Source of the DNA: Ruminococcus albus 7 = DSM 20455
GTDB lineage: Bacteria; Bacillota; Clostridia; Oscillospirales; Ruminococcaceae
Direction of reading: 5' to 3'
Length of the DNA stretch: 32,000 nt
Assembly (NCBI RefSeq): GCF_000179635.2
Contig: NC_014833.1
Location: forward strand, 1,830,001-1,862,000
Made by a program: the position numbers and the translations under genes. Every line of letters starts with the position of its first letter. Position 1 is the stretch's first letter. Positions 16,554-25,337 of the stretch are shown in pieces. The notes beneath the pieces were generated by a model. It was not told where the DNA came from. It searched no databases and saw only the letters and a list, made by a program, of their open reading frames with translations.

Positions 16554-16897
16554 ATGAGCTTACCTGTAAGCCGGGTTTTGTCGTGTACGTCAATCTATCT
16601 AGGCTGTACGTTGCCGCACAGCTCAAGCCACCTACGGCTTTGGGTCTGACGAGCAGCCATTGACCCTTCTGCCGCCATTGGTGTTGCATCGGATAAGGTT
16701 TACATGGCAGTGACATCTCTGTCACTCCGGTGGGCTCTTACCCCGCCTTTCCACCCTTACCGCATTACTGCGGCGGTATATCTCTGTTGCACTGGCTCGG
16801 AGGTCGCCCTCGGCTGACGTTATCAGCTATCCTGCTCTGTGATGCCCGGACTTTCCTCATAAGCGTTGCCGCTTCCGCTGACGTATAGTATGCTCAC
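16554..16897 (-). ncRNA. rnpB: RNase P RNA, bacterial type A
   Basis: The minus strand carries the universally conserved P4 halves GAGGAAAGTCCGGGC (rc of 16843-16857) and ACAAAACCCGGCTTA. It also carries the type-A hallmarks CCAGTGCAACAGAGA, GGTAAGGGTGGAAAGG, GGTAAGAGC and GTAAAC. P1 pairs GAGCATACT with GGTAAGCTC. Ends are good to within about 5 nt. Confidence 0.92.
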
Positions 16898-16904
16898 AAA
16901 TGCT

Positions 16905-16933
16905 ATCATAACACATTTAGTGAAATTTGTCAA
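16905..16933 (-). promoter_or_regulatory. rnpB promoter
   Basis: On the minus strand TTGACA (16933-16928), a 17-nt spacer, then TATGAT (16910-16905). It lies about 7 nt upstream of the predicted P1 5' end. Confidence 0.6.
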
Positions 16934-16961
16934 CGCTTACTTTCTCTTTGCAGATACTGTG

Positions 16962-18719
16962 TCATGCGTATGCCAGCTGTTTGAGTTCCTTTTTGTTTTC
17001 GTACATCCTGCTGTCTGCCAGCTCAAACACATCAGATACTTTTCTGTGGTGATTCGGTTCGTATTCTGCCAGACCGGATGCTACTACAGGCGCACTCTGA
17101 CGTTGGCGGTTTTCCATCACTTGTCTGCGCAGTTCTGTGAGAAGTTCATCCTTGTGGTCATGGTCATTATCACGGAGTATTACCGCAAATTCGTCACCGC
17201 CGATACGGAACACGGGACTGTGAACGAATATTCCGCATATCAGTTTGCAGGCTGCACATATATATTCATCCCCGACCTTATGTCCAAGCGTGTCATTTAT
17301 ACGTTTAAGGTCGTTAAGATCACATATAAGCACCGCAAAGGGTCTGGTACTGCCGTTGTCTATATCGTTCTGCAGTGCATATTCTTCTTCCTGATACGCA
17401 TTTTTGTTCTTTACTCCGGTAAGTTCATCCTTCATTGCCTTTCGTGTTACTGTTATAAGTTCTTCCTTGTATTTGTTTTCACGCTTAACGTCTTCGTCTA
17501 TGTTAGCGCTACCGAGTATGACATGGCGCTTATCTTCCGCCCATGCTACTCTAAGGCTCATATAAGGACAGTTCTCCTTCATATGTTTTCTGAAAGTCAG
17601 GTTAAATGAATCAGCTGTTGTCAGCCTATCAAGCAGATTATTCCTGGTAACTGCTTCAAGCACTTTTTTCTTGTCCTGATCACAGACCAGATCATTAATT
17701 ATCTGAGGCATCTCAGCAAAGAAATCTGTTCCGCTGTTTTCATGTACGGGTACACCGTTCTCGCCCTCTGAACTGTAATGTGTGAATGCACCGGTCTGTA
17801 TATCAACGTAGTATATCGAATCGTATCTGAAAGCAAGGGAATTCAGTATCTGGCTGTAGGTGATATTTTTTCTTTCCAGTTCTTTGCTTGCAAGTTCTTT
17901 TCGCATCTGTTCATCTATATTCTCAACGCCTATGATGAAATGTGTCTTATCACTTGACCACATAACGTTCAGCCTTGTGTACCTGAATTCTCCGCTTAGC
18001 AGCAGACGGTACTTCATGCTGAATATCTTCTGGTCTTTCAGCTTTTCTGTTATATATTCCTTTCTCATGATTTCGAGGATACTGTCCCTGTCATCGTTGT
18101 GTATGTATTTAAGGATATTCCTTCGTGATTCATCAAAGAAATCAGAGCCTTTTTTGGGTATATCAAGTTCGTCATATTCGGTGTTTGCCGAAAACTCGAT
18201 ATATGTATCATCTTCTGCATCAACATAATATATCGTGTTGTAGTATGAAGCCAGGCTGCTGGCTATCTGATTGTATATTATCGTCTCTTTGCTGAGTCTT
18301 TCAGCTTTCTGTTCTGTTCTTACTTCTTTATCTATATTTGTAACGCCAAGGATAAAGTATTCGTCGTTGCTGCTCACACCTCGTATAAGTCTCAGTTCGT
18401 GGTAAACAGGCTTGCCGTCTATCATCCGACGGTACACTATATTCTTCATGGCGCTGTTATCAAGCATATTTACTAAGTTTTTCTTCTGTATATCTTCTGT
18501 GAATATATGACGGTCTTCTTTATAAACCTCATCATTTATATCTCTTGTTATATCACTGAAAAAATCCTTGCCCCTGTAACTTGTGATGAGGGTCCTGGAT
18601 CCGGGATCGAGAGAGTAGGAAACGTATTCGTCAGTCGTTGCATTAACATAGTAAACCTTTGAATAATCGCACAGTAAAGCACTTGCTATCCTGCCGTAGA
18701 TCAGCTCTGTGTCCATCAT
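16962..18719 (-). CDS. Cytoplasmic diguanylate cyclase: three tandem PAS-like sensory repeats plus a GGDEF domain
   Basis: The C-terminus ..DELTGVKNKNAY..LICDLNDLKRINDTLGHKVGDEYI..VFRIGGDEFAVIL.. has an intact GGDEF motif. The N-terminal 400 aa comprise three homologous units of about 130 aa. There are no TM segments. GGAGGT RBS. Confidence 0.9.
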   Translation of the reverse strand: MMDTELIYGRIASALLCDYSKVYYVNATTDEYVSYSLDPGSRTLITSYRGKDFFSDITRDINDEVYKEDRHIFTEDIQKKNLVNMLDNSAMKNIVYRRMIDGKPVYHELRLIRGVSSNDEYFILGVTNIDKEVRTEQKAERLSKETIIYNQIASSLASYYNTIYYVDAEDDTYIEFSANTEYDELDIPKKGSDFFDESRRNILKYIHNDDRDSILEIMRKEYITEKLKDQKIFSMKYRLLLSGEFRYTRLNVMWSSDKTHFIIGVENIDEQMRKELASKELERKNITYSQILNSLAFRYDSIYYVDIQTGAFTHYSSEGENGVPVHENSGTDFFAEMPQIINDLVCDQDKKKVLEAVTRNNLLDRLTTADSFNLTFRKHMKENCPYMSLRVAWAEDKRHVILGSANIDEDVKRENKYKEELITVTRKAMKDELTGVKNKNAYQEEEYALQNDIDNGSTRPFAVLICDLNDLKRINDTLGHKVGDEYICAACKLICGIFVHSPVFRIGGDEFAVILRDNDHDHKDELLTELRRQVMENRQRQSAPVVASGLAEYEPNHHRKVSDVFELADSRMYENKKELKQLAYA

Positions 18720-18967
18720 AAGCTCTTACCTCCGTTTCAGATAATCTGGTAATTGGTAAATACTTTCATCTAAATTTGACTATTCTTAACTGTTATGTAA
18801 TATTATAACATATAATTCCCGAAAAGTAAAGATATATCGCAGAAAAAATGTTGTTAAATCAAATAACAGCCAAAAATCAAATTCAAACAAAAGAACAAAT
18901 GTTCCGCGTGGAACATTCGGATCATTATGAAAATAGCAAACTACTTCAGGTGCACATCTTCAATATC

Positions 18968-19003
18968 AAAAAAGCACTTCCGTTAATAGAAAGAAGTGCT
19001 TTT
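18968..19003 (-). terminator. Intrinsic terminator after the xylanase gene
   Basis: On the minus strand AAAGCACTTC-tttctattaacg-GAAGTGCTTT is followed by TTTT. Confidence 0.6.
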
Positions 19004-19023
19004 TGATGATCGATATGCCTAAT

Positions 19024-20199
19024 TTATTCTGTTTTGGCAGCTTCGGGGTCTTTAGCCGCAACAAGACCGTAAAATGAAGGTTTGGGATTGAGATTGCCGT
19101 CAAAGAACAATGGGCTTTCCTGCTTTTTCCAGCTTGATGTATCGGTCACTCCCCATACGGTAAAACTGGTTATCGGCACGCCTTCATTTTTGAGCTGAAT
19201 TATCTTCTCCATGTATTTCTGAGCATAATCGCCCTGTTTCTTTTCCCAGTCATCGGAGTTGTCCTTGCTGATATCAAGTTCGGTTATAGATATCTCTACA
19301 CCAAGTTCCTTGTTGTATCTGCGTACTGCCTCACCATAGCTTTCGGTATCGCACCATGTACCTATATGCGACTGCATACCTACACCGTCGATATTTCCTG
19401 CCTCTGCAACGGGTTTGAGGAAGTCTATTATCTCCAGCTGCTTGTTCATCTGGAATGCATTGTAGTCATTGTAATAAAGTTTTACACCCTCGGGCTGATA
19501 TTTTCTTGCAAACTCAAATGCTTTTTCGATATAGTCATCACCTATGGTCTGAAGCCAGAGACAATCGCGCTTTGCCTGCCCCTGGTCTGCAGCAGCTTCG
19601 TTAACAACGTCCCAAGCATAGAAAAGTCCCGGATGTTCTGTATCTGCCCATTCAAATACAGCCTTGATATAGTTTTCCATGCGTTTCAGCATGAGTTCTC
19701 TGTCAGCGAGTTCACCGTTGGTATCGTAATCTTTGTAAAACAGCCATTCAGGAGTCTGAGAATACCATACCAATGTATGTCCGCGAACCTTTAAGCCATT
19801 TTCCTCTGCGAATTCAAGTTGTGATCTGCAGCTGTCGAAATGAACAGCAGGTGCTTCGCGATATTTATCTATGTCAGATAATGTAGTCTGTTTATCAAGT
19901 ATTGAATCAGGCTTCATCTCATTTTCGCAGGTCATACTGTTGAATTGTTCCTTTATGAGCAGCATACAGTCTATATCACCAAGCTGGTAAGGTGATACAG
20001 CAGTACCAACATAGAAATCATCAGCGTAAAGATCCTTCAGAGAGGGAAGTCCTGACGTTTTTGAATCTATTGTTGTATTGCTTGACTTGGACTGCGATGA
20101 AGCTGAACTGTTTTCGGTTTTCTTGTCCTTATCCGCAGCTGATGCGCATCCGCTCAACATCAAAGCTGCACACATGATCAATAGAATTTGTTTTTTCAT
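19024..20199 (-). CDS. Glycoside hydrolase family 10 endo-1,4-beta-xylanase, lipoprotein
   Basis: The GH10 catalytic motifs are present: WDVVNEA (acid/base Glu) and ITELDI (nucleophile Glu). I moved the start to the ATG at 20199 (MKKQILLIMCAALMLSGCASAADKD.., lipobox LSGC), which has an AGAGGTGA RBS. There is no CBM or dockerin. Confidence 0.9.
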   Translation of the reverse strand: MKKQILLIMCAALMLSGCASAADKDKKTENSSASSQSKSSNTTIDSKTSGLPSLKDLYADDFYVGTAVSPYQLGDIDCMLLIKEQFNSMTCENEMKPDSILDKQTTLSDIDKYREAPAVHFDSCRSQLEFAEENGLKVRGHTLVWYSQTPEWLFYKDYDTNGELADRELMLKRMENYIKAVFEWADTEHPGLFYAWDVVNEAAADQGQAKRDCLWLQTIGDDYIEKAFEFARKYQPEGVKLYYNDYNAFQMNKQLEIIDFLKPVAEAGNIDGVGMQSHIGTWCDTESYGEAVRRYNKELGVEISITELDISKDNSDDWEKKQGDYAQKYMEKIIQLKNEGVPITSFTVWGVTDTSSWKKQESPLFFDGNLNPKPSFYGLVAAKDPEAAKTE

Positions 20200-20536
20200 G
20201 CAAGTCACCTCTTGACGCAAAATATCCCGACAACACAATATTCCCATACAGAATGAATAAAACACTATGTTCAAAAATTGTTGTTTTATACCTATTTAAT
20301 TATATACCAAAAGGGCTTATCGTCACTAATCATTTATTGCTTAAAAACTTTCAAATATTGCGTTTATAGGCTGATTCAGGGCTGAAAACAGATGCGTTAT
20401 GAAATTAAATGATATAACAATAATCGCAATTATTATCTATACATAAGCAAAAAATGAATAGAAATATTCACTGTGCGGTTGTATAATAATATCAGAAAAT
20501 ACAAAAGCGCTAAAGCATGAAAGGATGTTTGTTAAT

Positions 20537-21184
20537 ATGAAGCTTTTTGTTGATACAGCGAATGTAGATGACATCAGAGAGGCTGAATCACTCGGCGTTA
20601 TCTGCGGCGTAACTACCAACCCCTCACTTATTGCTAAAGAGGGCAGAGTTTTTGAAGAAGTAGTCAAGGAGATCACTGAGATCGTTGACGGACCCATTTC
20701 AGCTGAGGTTATTTCTCTTGAGGCTGATAAGATGGTCGAAGAGGCTATACCTCTTTCTAAGATACACAAGAATATAGTTATCAAACTGCCTATGTGCGCT
20801 GAAGGTCTGAAAGCCTGCAAGCGTCTTACAGAGATGGGCATAAAGACAAATGTTACACTGATATTCTCTGCTGCACAGGCTATACTGGCTGCAAATGCAG
20901 GTGCTACCTACGTTTCTCCTTTCCTGGGCAGACTTGATGATATAGGCATGACCGGTATGGATCTGATCGAGGAGATCTCTGATATCTTCTCAGTTCAGGG
21001 TATCAAAACCGAGATCATTGCTGCGTCCATCAGAAACCCAATACACGTTGTTGATGCTGCTAGAGCAGGCTGCGATATCGCTACTGTTCCTATGGGCGTT
21101 ATCAGACAGATGATCAAGCATCCTCTGACCGACAACGGTATAGAGCGTTTCCTGAAGGACTGGGAGAGCGTTCCCAATAAATAA
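20537..21184 (+). CDS. Transaldolase-family protein, short class (fructose-6-phosphate aldolase/TalC-like)
   Basis: [36 protein letters not shown]...[39 protein letters not shown] is the canonical roughly 215-aa transaldolase/FSA sequence with the Schiff-base Lys in VIKLP. I chose the ATG at 20537 because it has better RBS spacing than 20525. Confidence 0.9.
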   Translation: MKLFVDTANVDDIREAESLGVICGVTTNPSLIAKEGRVFEEVVKEITEIVDGPISAEVISLEADKMVEEAIPLSKIHKNIVIKLPMCAEGLKACKRLTEMGIKTNVTLIFSAAQAILAANAGATYVSPFLGRLDDIGMTGMDLIEEISDIFSVQGIKTEIIAASIRNPIHVVDAARAGCDIATVPMGVIRQMIKHPLTDNGIERFLKDWESVPNK

Positions 21185-21236
21185 GCTTTCTACATTGGAA
21201 TTGAATATACTCCAATTTCCACCTTATTTTCTAACC

Positions 21237-21307
21237 TCGGGTATTCCGGTACACCCTGACAAGACGGCCAGTTTTACCCCGCTGCCCGCCTTGTCTGCGG
21301 AACCCGA
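21237..21307 (+). other. 71-nt nested imperfect hairpin of unknown function between the transaldolase stop and its terminator
   Basis: Outer stem: TCGGG(ta)TTCCG (21237-21248) pairs with CGGAACCCGA (21298-21307). Inner 14-bp stem: GACAAGACGGCCAG (21258-21271) pairs with CTGCCCGCCTTGTC (21282-21295) with two mismatches and the loop TTTTACCCCG. The strand of function is undetermined. Confidence 0.4.
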
Positions 21308-21365
21308 ATCTTGAAAATGCTATCCATTCTCCTTTTATTTCATATTATATATTCCTTCTGACAGG

Positions 21366-21399
21366 CAGCCGAGAGCTAATTTCGGCTGTTTTGTTTTTT
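21366..21399 (+). terminator. Intrinsic terminator
   Basis: CAGCCGA-gagctaatt-TCGGCTG followed by TTTTGTTTTTT. Confidence 0.7.
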
Positions 21400-21506
21400 G
21401 TGAAAAGTATTAATAAAATATTGAAATACGCTATAATAAAGGGTTTTGGTTGAAAAATGTCTACATTAGTTGTTTCGACTGGTAAAAAAATTGGTCAAAT
21501 GTGCTA

Positions 21507-21535
21507 TTGACGGCAGGTGTTTACTGTGGTAAAAT
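21507..21535 (+). promoter_or_regulatory. Promoter of the second lipoprotein gene
   Basis: TTGACG (21507-21512), 17-nt spacer ending in TGG, TAAAAT (21530-21535). Confidence 0.5.
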
Positions 21536-21573
21536 GCTATTGTATCTTTATAAACTTGAAAGGAAATGTAATA

Positions 21574-22368
21574 ATGAAAAAATTTATAGCAGTTGTTTGT
21601 GCACTGACTCTGTCATGTGCTATGTTCGCTTCATGCGGCAAGAAGGATTCCAAAAAGGATGATTCCAGTAAGTCGGTAACTACTGATGCAGAGACTTCCG
21701 AAAAGGCTGATTCCTCCGAGGCTGATAAGGATGAGGGAGAGAATACTCTTACCAAGGCTTACTGTGACTCACTCGAAGCAAGGAAATTCAAGATCAAAAT
21801 GTCAACTACATCCGATAATGGCGATGATTCCGTTGCTACTGTTGAGATGAACGGTGATAACTACAGTCTCAGCATCAGTGAGGGAGAGATGAAGACTGAT
21901 CTGTACGTCATCGATGGTGTAATGTATGTTCTCAAATACGCAGATAAGACATACAGCAAGCAGGAGCATCCTGATAGTTTGTTAATGAGTATCAAACCAA
22001 CCGATTATGCAATGGGTATTGAGGAAGGCTATAAGTTCATCAGCAGCGAAACTACTGATGACGGCCTTATCTGCGAAACTTATTACGCTCCCGATCTGTT
22101 CTCAGGTGAGATCCCCACAAACGCAGAGGATGGTAATGTTACTGAATACAAGTATTACTTCAAGCCTGATGGAACATATCCCGAGAAGGTAGTTATGAGC
22201 GCTTACGGTACGGTTAAGACAACTATTTTCGAGAGCTTCACTCTTGATGCAGGTGAGATCGTGCTTCCCGACCTCGAGGGTTGGACAGACGATACTGAGG
22301 CTGAGGCTTCTACAAGTGTAGAAGGTGATCCTGCATTTGAGGAGTCAGAGAGTGCACCTATTGAATAA
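21574..22368 (+). CDS. Lipoprotein of unknown function, paralogue of 15112..16062
   Basis: MKKFIAVVCALTLSCAMFASCGKKDSKKDD.. has a signal peptide and lipobox. I moved the start to the ATG at 21574. The track start at 21517 is a GTG upstream of the signal peptide. It has an acidic C-terminal tail. Confidence 0.75.
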   Translation: MKKFIAVVCALTLSCAMFASCGKKDSKKDDSSKSVTTDAETSEKADSSEADKDEGENTLTKAYCDSLEARKFKIKMSTTSDNGDDSVATVEMNGDNYSLSISEGEMKTDLYVIDGVMYVLKYADKTYSKQEHPDSLLMSIKPTDYAMGIEEGYKFISSETTDDGLICETYYAPDLFSGEIPTNAEDGNVTEYKYYFKPDGTYPEKVVMSAYGTVKTTIFESFTLDAGEIVLPDLEGWTDDTEAEASTSVEGDPAFEESESAPIE

Positions 22369-22404
22369 TCTGTTGATCTGATAATTCAAATAATAATGAA
22401 TATA

Positions 22405-22456
22405 AGACCTCACATCATCCGTGCTTACGGATGATGTGAGGTCTTTGTATTTTTTT
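22405..22456. terminator. Strong bidirectional terminator between convergent genes
   Basis: Perfect 18-bp stem: AGACCTCACATCATCCGT-gctt-ACGGATGATGTGAGGTCT, followed by TTGTATTTTTTT. Confidence 0.8.
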
Positions 22457-22667
22457 ATTGAAAACCATTCGGTATCTTATAGAAGGAATGTATAAATGTG
22501 ATCAATCCAAAATAAACCAGTGAGAGAGCCAATAGGATCCTGATTATGCTCAGAATGGCGTATCCGATTATTGTATGAGGTGTGATATAGCGTTGGTATC
22601 TTCGGTTTCTTTTTCGTAATACAGATACTGCGAGAAGTACGGATATATATAATGGAAACAACCACAT
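22455..22667 (-). CDS. 70-aa two-TM membrane peptide, translationally coupled to the upstream polytopic protein
   Basis: The start ATG overlaps the upstream stop as TAATG (22669-22665). It has two hydrophobic segments separated by the basic RKRNRRYQRY. It ends at the bidirectional terminator. Confidence 0.5.
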   Translation of the reverse strand: MWLFPLYISVLLAVSVLRKRNRRYQRYITPHTIIGYAILSIIRILLALSLVYFGLITFIHSFYKIPNGFQ

Positions 22668-24289
22668 TATTTTGAGATCTGACCTTTCAGCTTTAATGCT
22701 GAGATATTGTAATTATTATATTCTGAACGTCCGAGTTGTTGTTCACAGCGATTGTTGATGTATTCGCTGCCTGTAGTTCCTTTGTTTACATAGTTCTTGG
22801 ATGCATATTTATCATCCATATATTTCTTATCAATTATGTCTTTGTAACGGTCTTCGGTAATTACCGCTGCTGCATCAGAGGAGAGATCATTCATCTCGAT
22901 GATATCATGCAAAGTAAGATGCTCTGAACAATACTCCATATTATATCTTGCTATAATTGCATCAGGACGTGAGAAGCAAAGCAGTGCGAACATGAGGGTG
23001 AAGGTAATAGCAGATGCTCGCATGAAAGCAAAGTTTTGCTTGAATTGTCTGATGATAACATATACAAAACTGAATGCTGTAAGTACCATGAACCATGTTG
23101 TATATACTCTCAGCTGAGTAAGCCCGTAATTGCGGATATATAACACCATCTTGCTTATCGCGGTAGCTGTGATGAGCAGTGTGAAAACGGATATCATCAC
23201 GGAGTAGAAACTCAGTGTGAAAGTTTTTTCTTCTCCTGTTTTCTTAGAGAAAAAGTTGATGAAGAATATGACACCGGCATTTATTAGTTCGATTGCGAAC
23301 AGTTCAAAAAATCCGCGTCTTGCATATTCTGCATAGCTTAGATCTGCGGGAAGTCTGTTCATAAAAGCGGCAAGAAAATAATTTGCCTGAGAAATGAAAA
23401 ACAGTACATAAAGCAGGCAGATAGGTGTTACTGCTACGTATACGGTCGTGTTTGATACAATACGGAATTTGCGTATGCTGTCGATACAGCTCTCCTCATC
23501 GAGAATTTGCATCCTTTCAGCGCGTGTGTGGTAGAAAAATAGGCCAAATAAATATCCCGCAACAAGAAAGCTGAGTATCAGTTTCCCGCTGAATAACATA
23601 ATATCAAATATCTCAAGAAATGAGAAAAAACTTACAAAATAGTTTTCAAATCCTTGATCGGCTGAAACAAGCAGAACTGATACAACAATTGTGAGCGGAA
23701 ATGCAAGTATGATACCGCCTAAAACGGATCTCATGGCTGCACCGCAGTTTTTTCGCTTGAAGATGCTTGCTAAGGCTGAATACTCCTTTACAGAATCACG
23801 GAGGGGATCGGTGACGGAGCTTTTTAATATCTCAGAAGGAGTGAAACGACCAAAAAGATCTTTTTCAGCACACACACCATACACAAGGTATGCGCCTGCC
23901 AGAATAAGGAATATAAGATCCAGTGTTTTTATCATATCATTTGCAGTAAGCGAAAAGACTGTTGAGAAAGTTATCATCACTATTGACCAGATCTTGTGCG
24001 ATGTCTTGAAACTATGTCCTGTCTTTTTTAGATATGCTATCGTTAGTGAGATGATGATAAGAAACAAGGCAGTTGTAAAGAATCCTGTGGTATTCATCAG
24101 TGCAAATTGTACTATGCCATAGCCGGTGCCCAAAGCTCCTAATGCAAGTATTTTTTCTGCTTTTGTGAATACTGTCTTCTCTTTGACTACCGAAGGATAA
24201 TCCCGGTATGACATGACACTGTTAGCCAGCGTATCTCCAACGGATTCCGGAGTCTTGTCCGTTAAGTTTATAGGGTTATTATCATCCAT
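22667..24289 (-). CDS. Large polytopic membrane protein, DUF4153/DUF4173-like (family call from memory)
   Basis: About 540 aa with roughly 12 TM segments and a soluble C-terminal region of about 90 aa. I moved the start to the ATG at 24289 (MDDNNPINL..), which has GGAGG 8 nt upstream. The track start at 24319 is a GTG. Confidence 0.75.
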   Translation of the reverse strand: MDDNNPINLTDKTPESVGDTLANSVMSYRDYPSVVKEKTVFTKAEKILALGALGTGYGIVQFALMNTTGFFTTALFLIIISLTIAYLKKTGHSFKTSHKIWSIVMITFSTVFSLTANDMIKTLDLIFLILAGAYLVYGVCAEKDLFGRFTPSEILKSSVTDPLRDSVKEYSALASIFKRKNCGAAMRSVLGGIILAFPLTIVVSVLLVSADQGFENYFVSFFSFLEIFDIMLFSGKLILSFLVAGYLFGLFFYHTRAERMQILDEESCIDSIRKFRIVSNTTVYVAVTPICLLYVLFFISQANYFLAAFMNRLPADLSYAEYARRGFFELFAIELINAGVIFFINFFSKKTGEEKTFTLSFYSVMISVFTLLITATAISKMVLYIRNYGLTQLRVYTTWFMVLTAFSFVYVIIRQFKQNFAFMRASAITFTLMFALLCFSRPDAIIARYNMEYCSEHLTLHDIIEMNDLSSDAAAVITEDRYKDIIDKKYMDDKYASKNYVNKGTTGSEYINNRCEQQLGRSEYNNYNISALKLKGQISK

Positions 24290-24589
24290 TATGTTTTCCT
24301 CCCGATTTGTGTTCTGCACTTCTGAAGCTGACAGCGCAGGATCAGACCGATCAAAATAAATACGGCTGATGTGAAGAATATCTTAATGATATAAAATCAG
24401 GCAATTGAAATAAGGCTGATATTTTTTATCGTGGTTATCCCGCTGACACTCCACAAAAAAATAGCGGCTTACAGAACTTAAGGTACTTGGCGTGTATCTT
24501 CCCCCCGCCGCAGGGGGAGATATACAACGCTTAATTATCCTTTTGTTTGCTGCATTTCAGCCGGTGTGCTAAAGGGATAGTCAGATTTT

Positions 24590-24796
24590 TTATTCGTCTG
24601 AGTGTTCCAGTATATCGCCGGGCTGACATTTCAGCACCTCGCATATCTTATCGAGGGTAGAAAAACGTACAGCTTTGGCTTTGCCTGTTTTCAGTATAGA
24701 AAGATTTGCTGCTGTGATACCGACTTTTTCTGCAAGTTCATTAGAAGATATCTTCCTTTTTGCCATCATCACATCGAGATTTACGATTATCGCCAT
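24590..24796 (-). CDS. Small XRE-family HTH regulator of the YozG type
   Basis: MAIIVNLDVMMAKRKISSNELAEKVGITAANLSILKTGKAKAVRFSTLDKICEVLKCQPGDILE closely follows the B. subtilis YozG pattern (..ANLSILKTGKAKA.RFSTL..IC..L.CQPGDIL). GAGGAGG RBS. Confidence 0.85.
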   Translation of the reverse strand: MAIIVNLDVMMAKRKISSNELAEKVGITAANLSILKTGKAKAVRFSTLDKICEVLKCQPGDILEHSDE

Positions 24797-24808
24797 GATA
24801 CCGCCTCC

Positions 24809-25285
24809 TCATATAGTGAAGTCATTTTCAGATTTAAGTTCTACTGCTTTTTCAAACACGTTTTTCATAACGCGCATCACCAATCCAATGAATAATGCGA
24901 GAAAAGCAGCGAACAGGAAGATGTACTTCCAAAGACTGAAAATGATCATTGTAATGCCGGCAAATACGCAGCACCAGGATATAAGACGCAGGCATTTAGT
25001 ATTCTGTGGGATGAATACCTCATTTTTTGATATGTTTGTAAGCAGCTTATTAAGCGCAGCTACGGCAGTAAGAGCGAAAGCATCACATATACATATCATA
25101 ACTGTTACCGCGATCTCCAGTCCTGAGGTCAGTATCCCATTACCTACGGATACGGCGCAGAACCATTCTGCTACAATATTTGATGTGAACATCAGCGCGA
25201 TCAGCAGGAAAAACATTCCTGCTACTAGAAGCCTTGATAGCTTCAGCGATTTCATTTGTGACCAGCCTGTCAATTCGTTTACCAT
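24809..25285 (-). CDS. Four-TM membrane protein, YoaS/DUF2975-like partner of the YozG-type regulator
   Basis: 158 aa starting from the ATG at 25285 (AGGAGG RBS), with four hydrophobic segments. It lies directly upstream of the small HTH gene, which is the conserved arrangement for this pair. Confidence 0.7.
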   Translation of the reverse strand: MVNELTGWSQMKSLKLSRLLVAGMFFLLIALMFTSNIVAEWFCAVSVGNGILTSGLEIAVTVMICICDAFALTAVAALNKLLTNISKNEVFIPQNTKCLRLISWCCVFAGITMIIFSLWKYIFLFAAFLALFIGLVMRVMKNVFEKAVELKSENDFTI

Positions 25286-25337
25286 GGTAATTACCTCCTG
25301 AACAATATACTGCGGGGCGTCCCCCTCAGCTGAATGT

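Noticed and set aside
21250-21275. Resemblance to the guanidine-III (ykkC-III) riboswitch core, based on a shared GACAAGACGG string.
   Set aside because: The required pseudoknot pairings can only be drawn with 3-4 bp. The conserved ACGR-containing loop is absent. The element sits downstream of a transaldolase-family gene and not upstream of a guanidine exporter. The match is probably a coincidence.
21274-21327. A 17-codon minus-strand ORF (MDSIFKIRVPQTRRAAG) overlapping the nested hairpin, preceded by AAAGGAGA.
   Set aside because: The purine-rich motif abuts the ATG (1-nt spacing), which is too close for a functional RBS. The ORF is most simply a by-product of the GC-rich palindrome.
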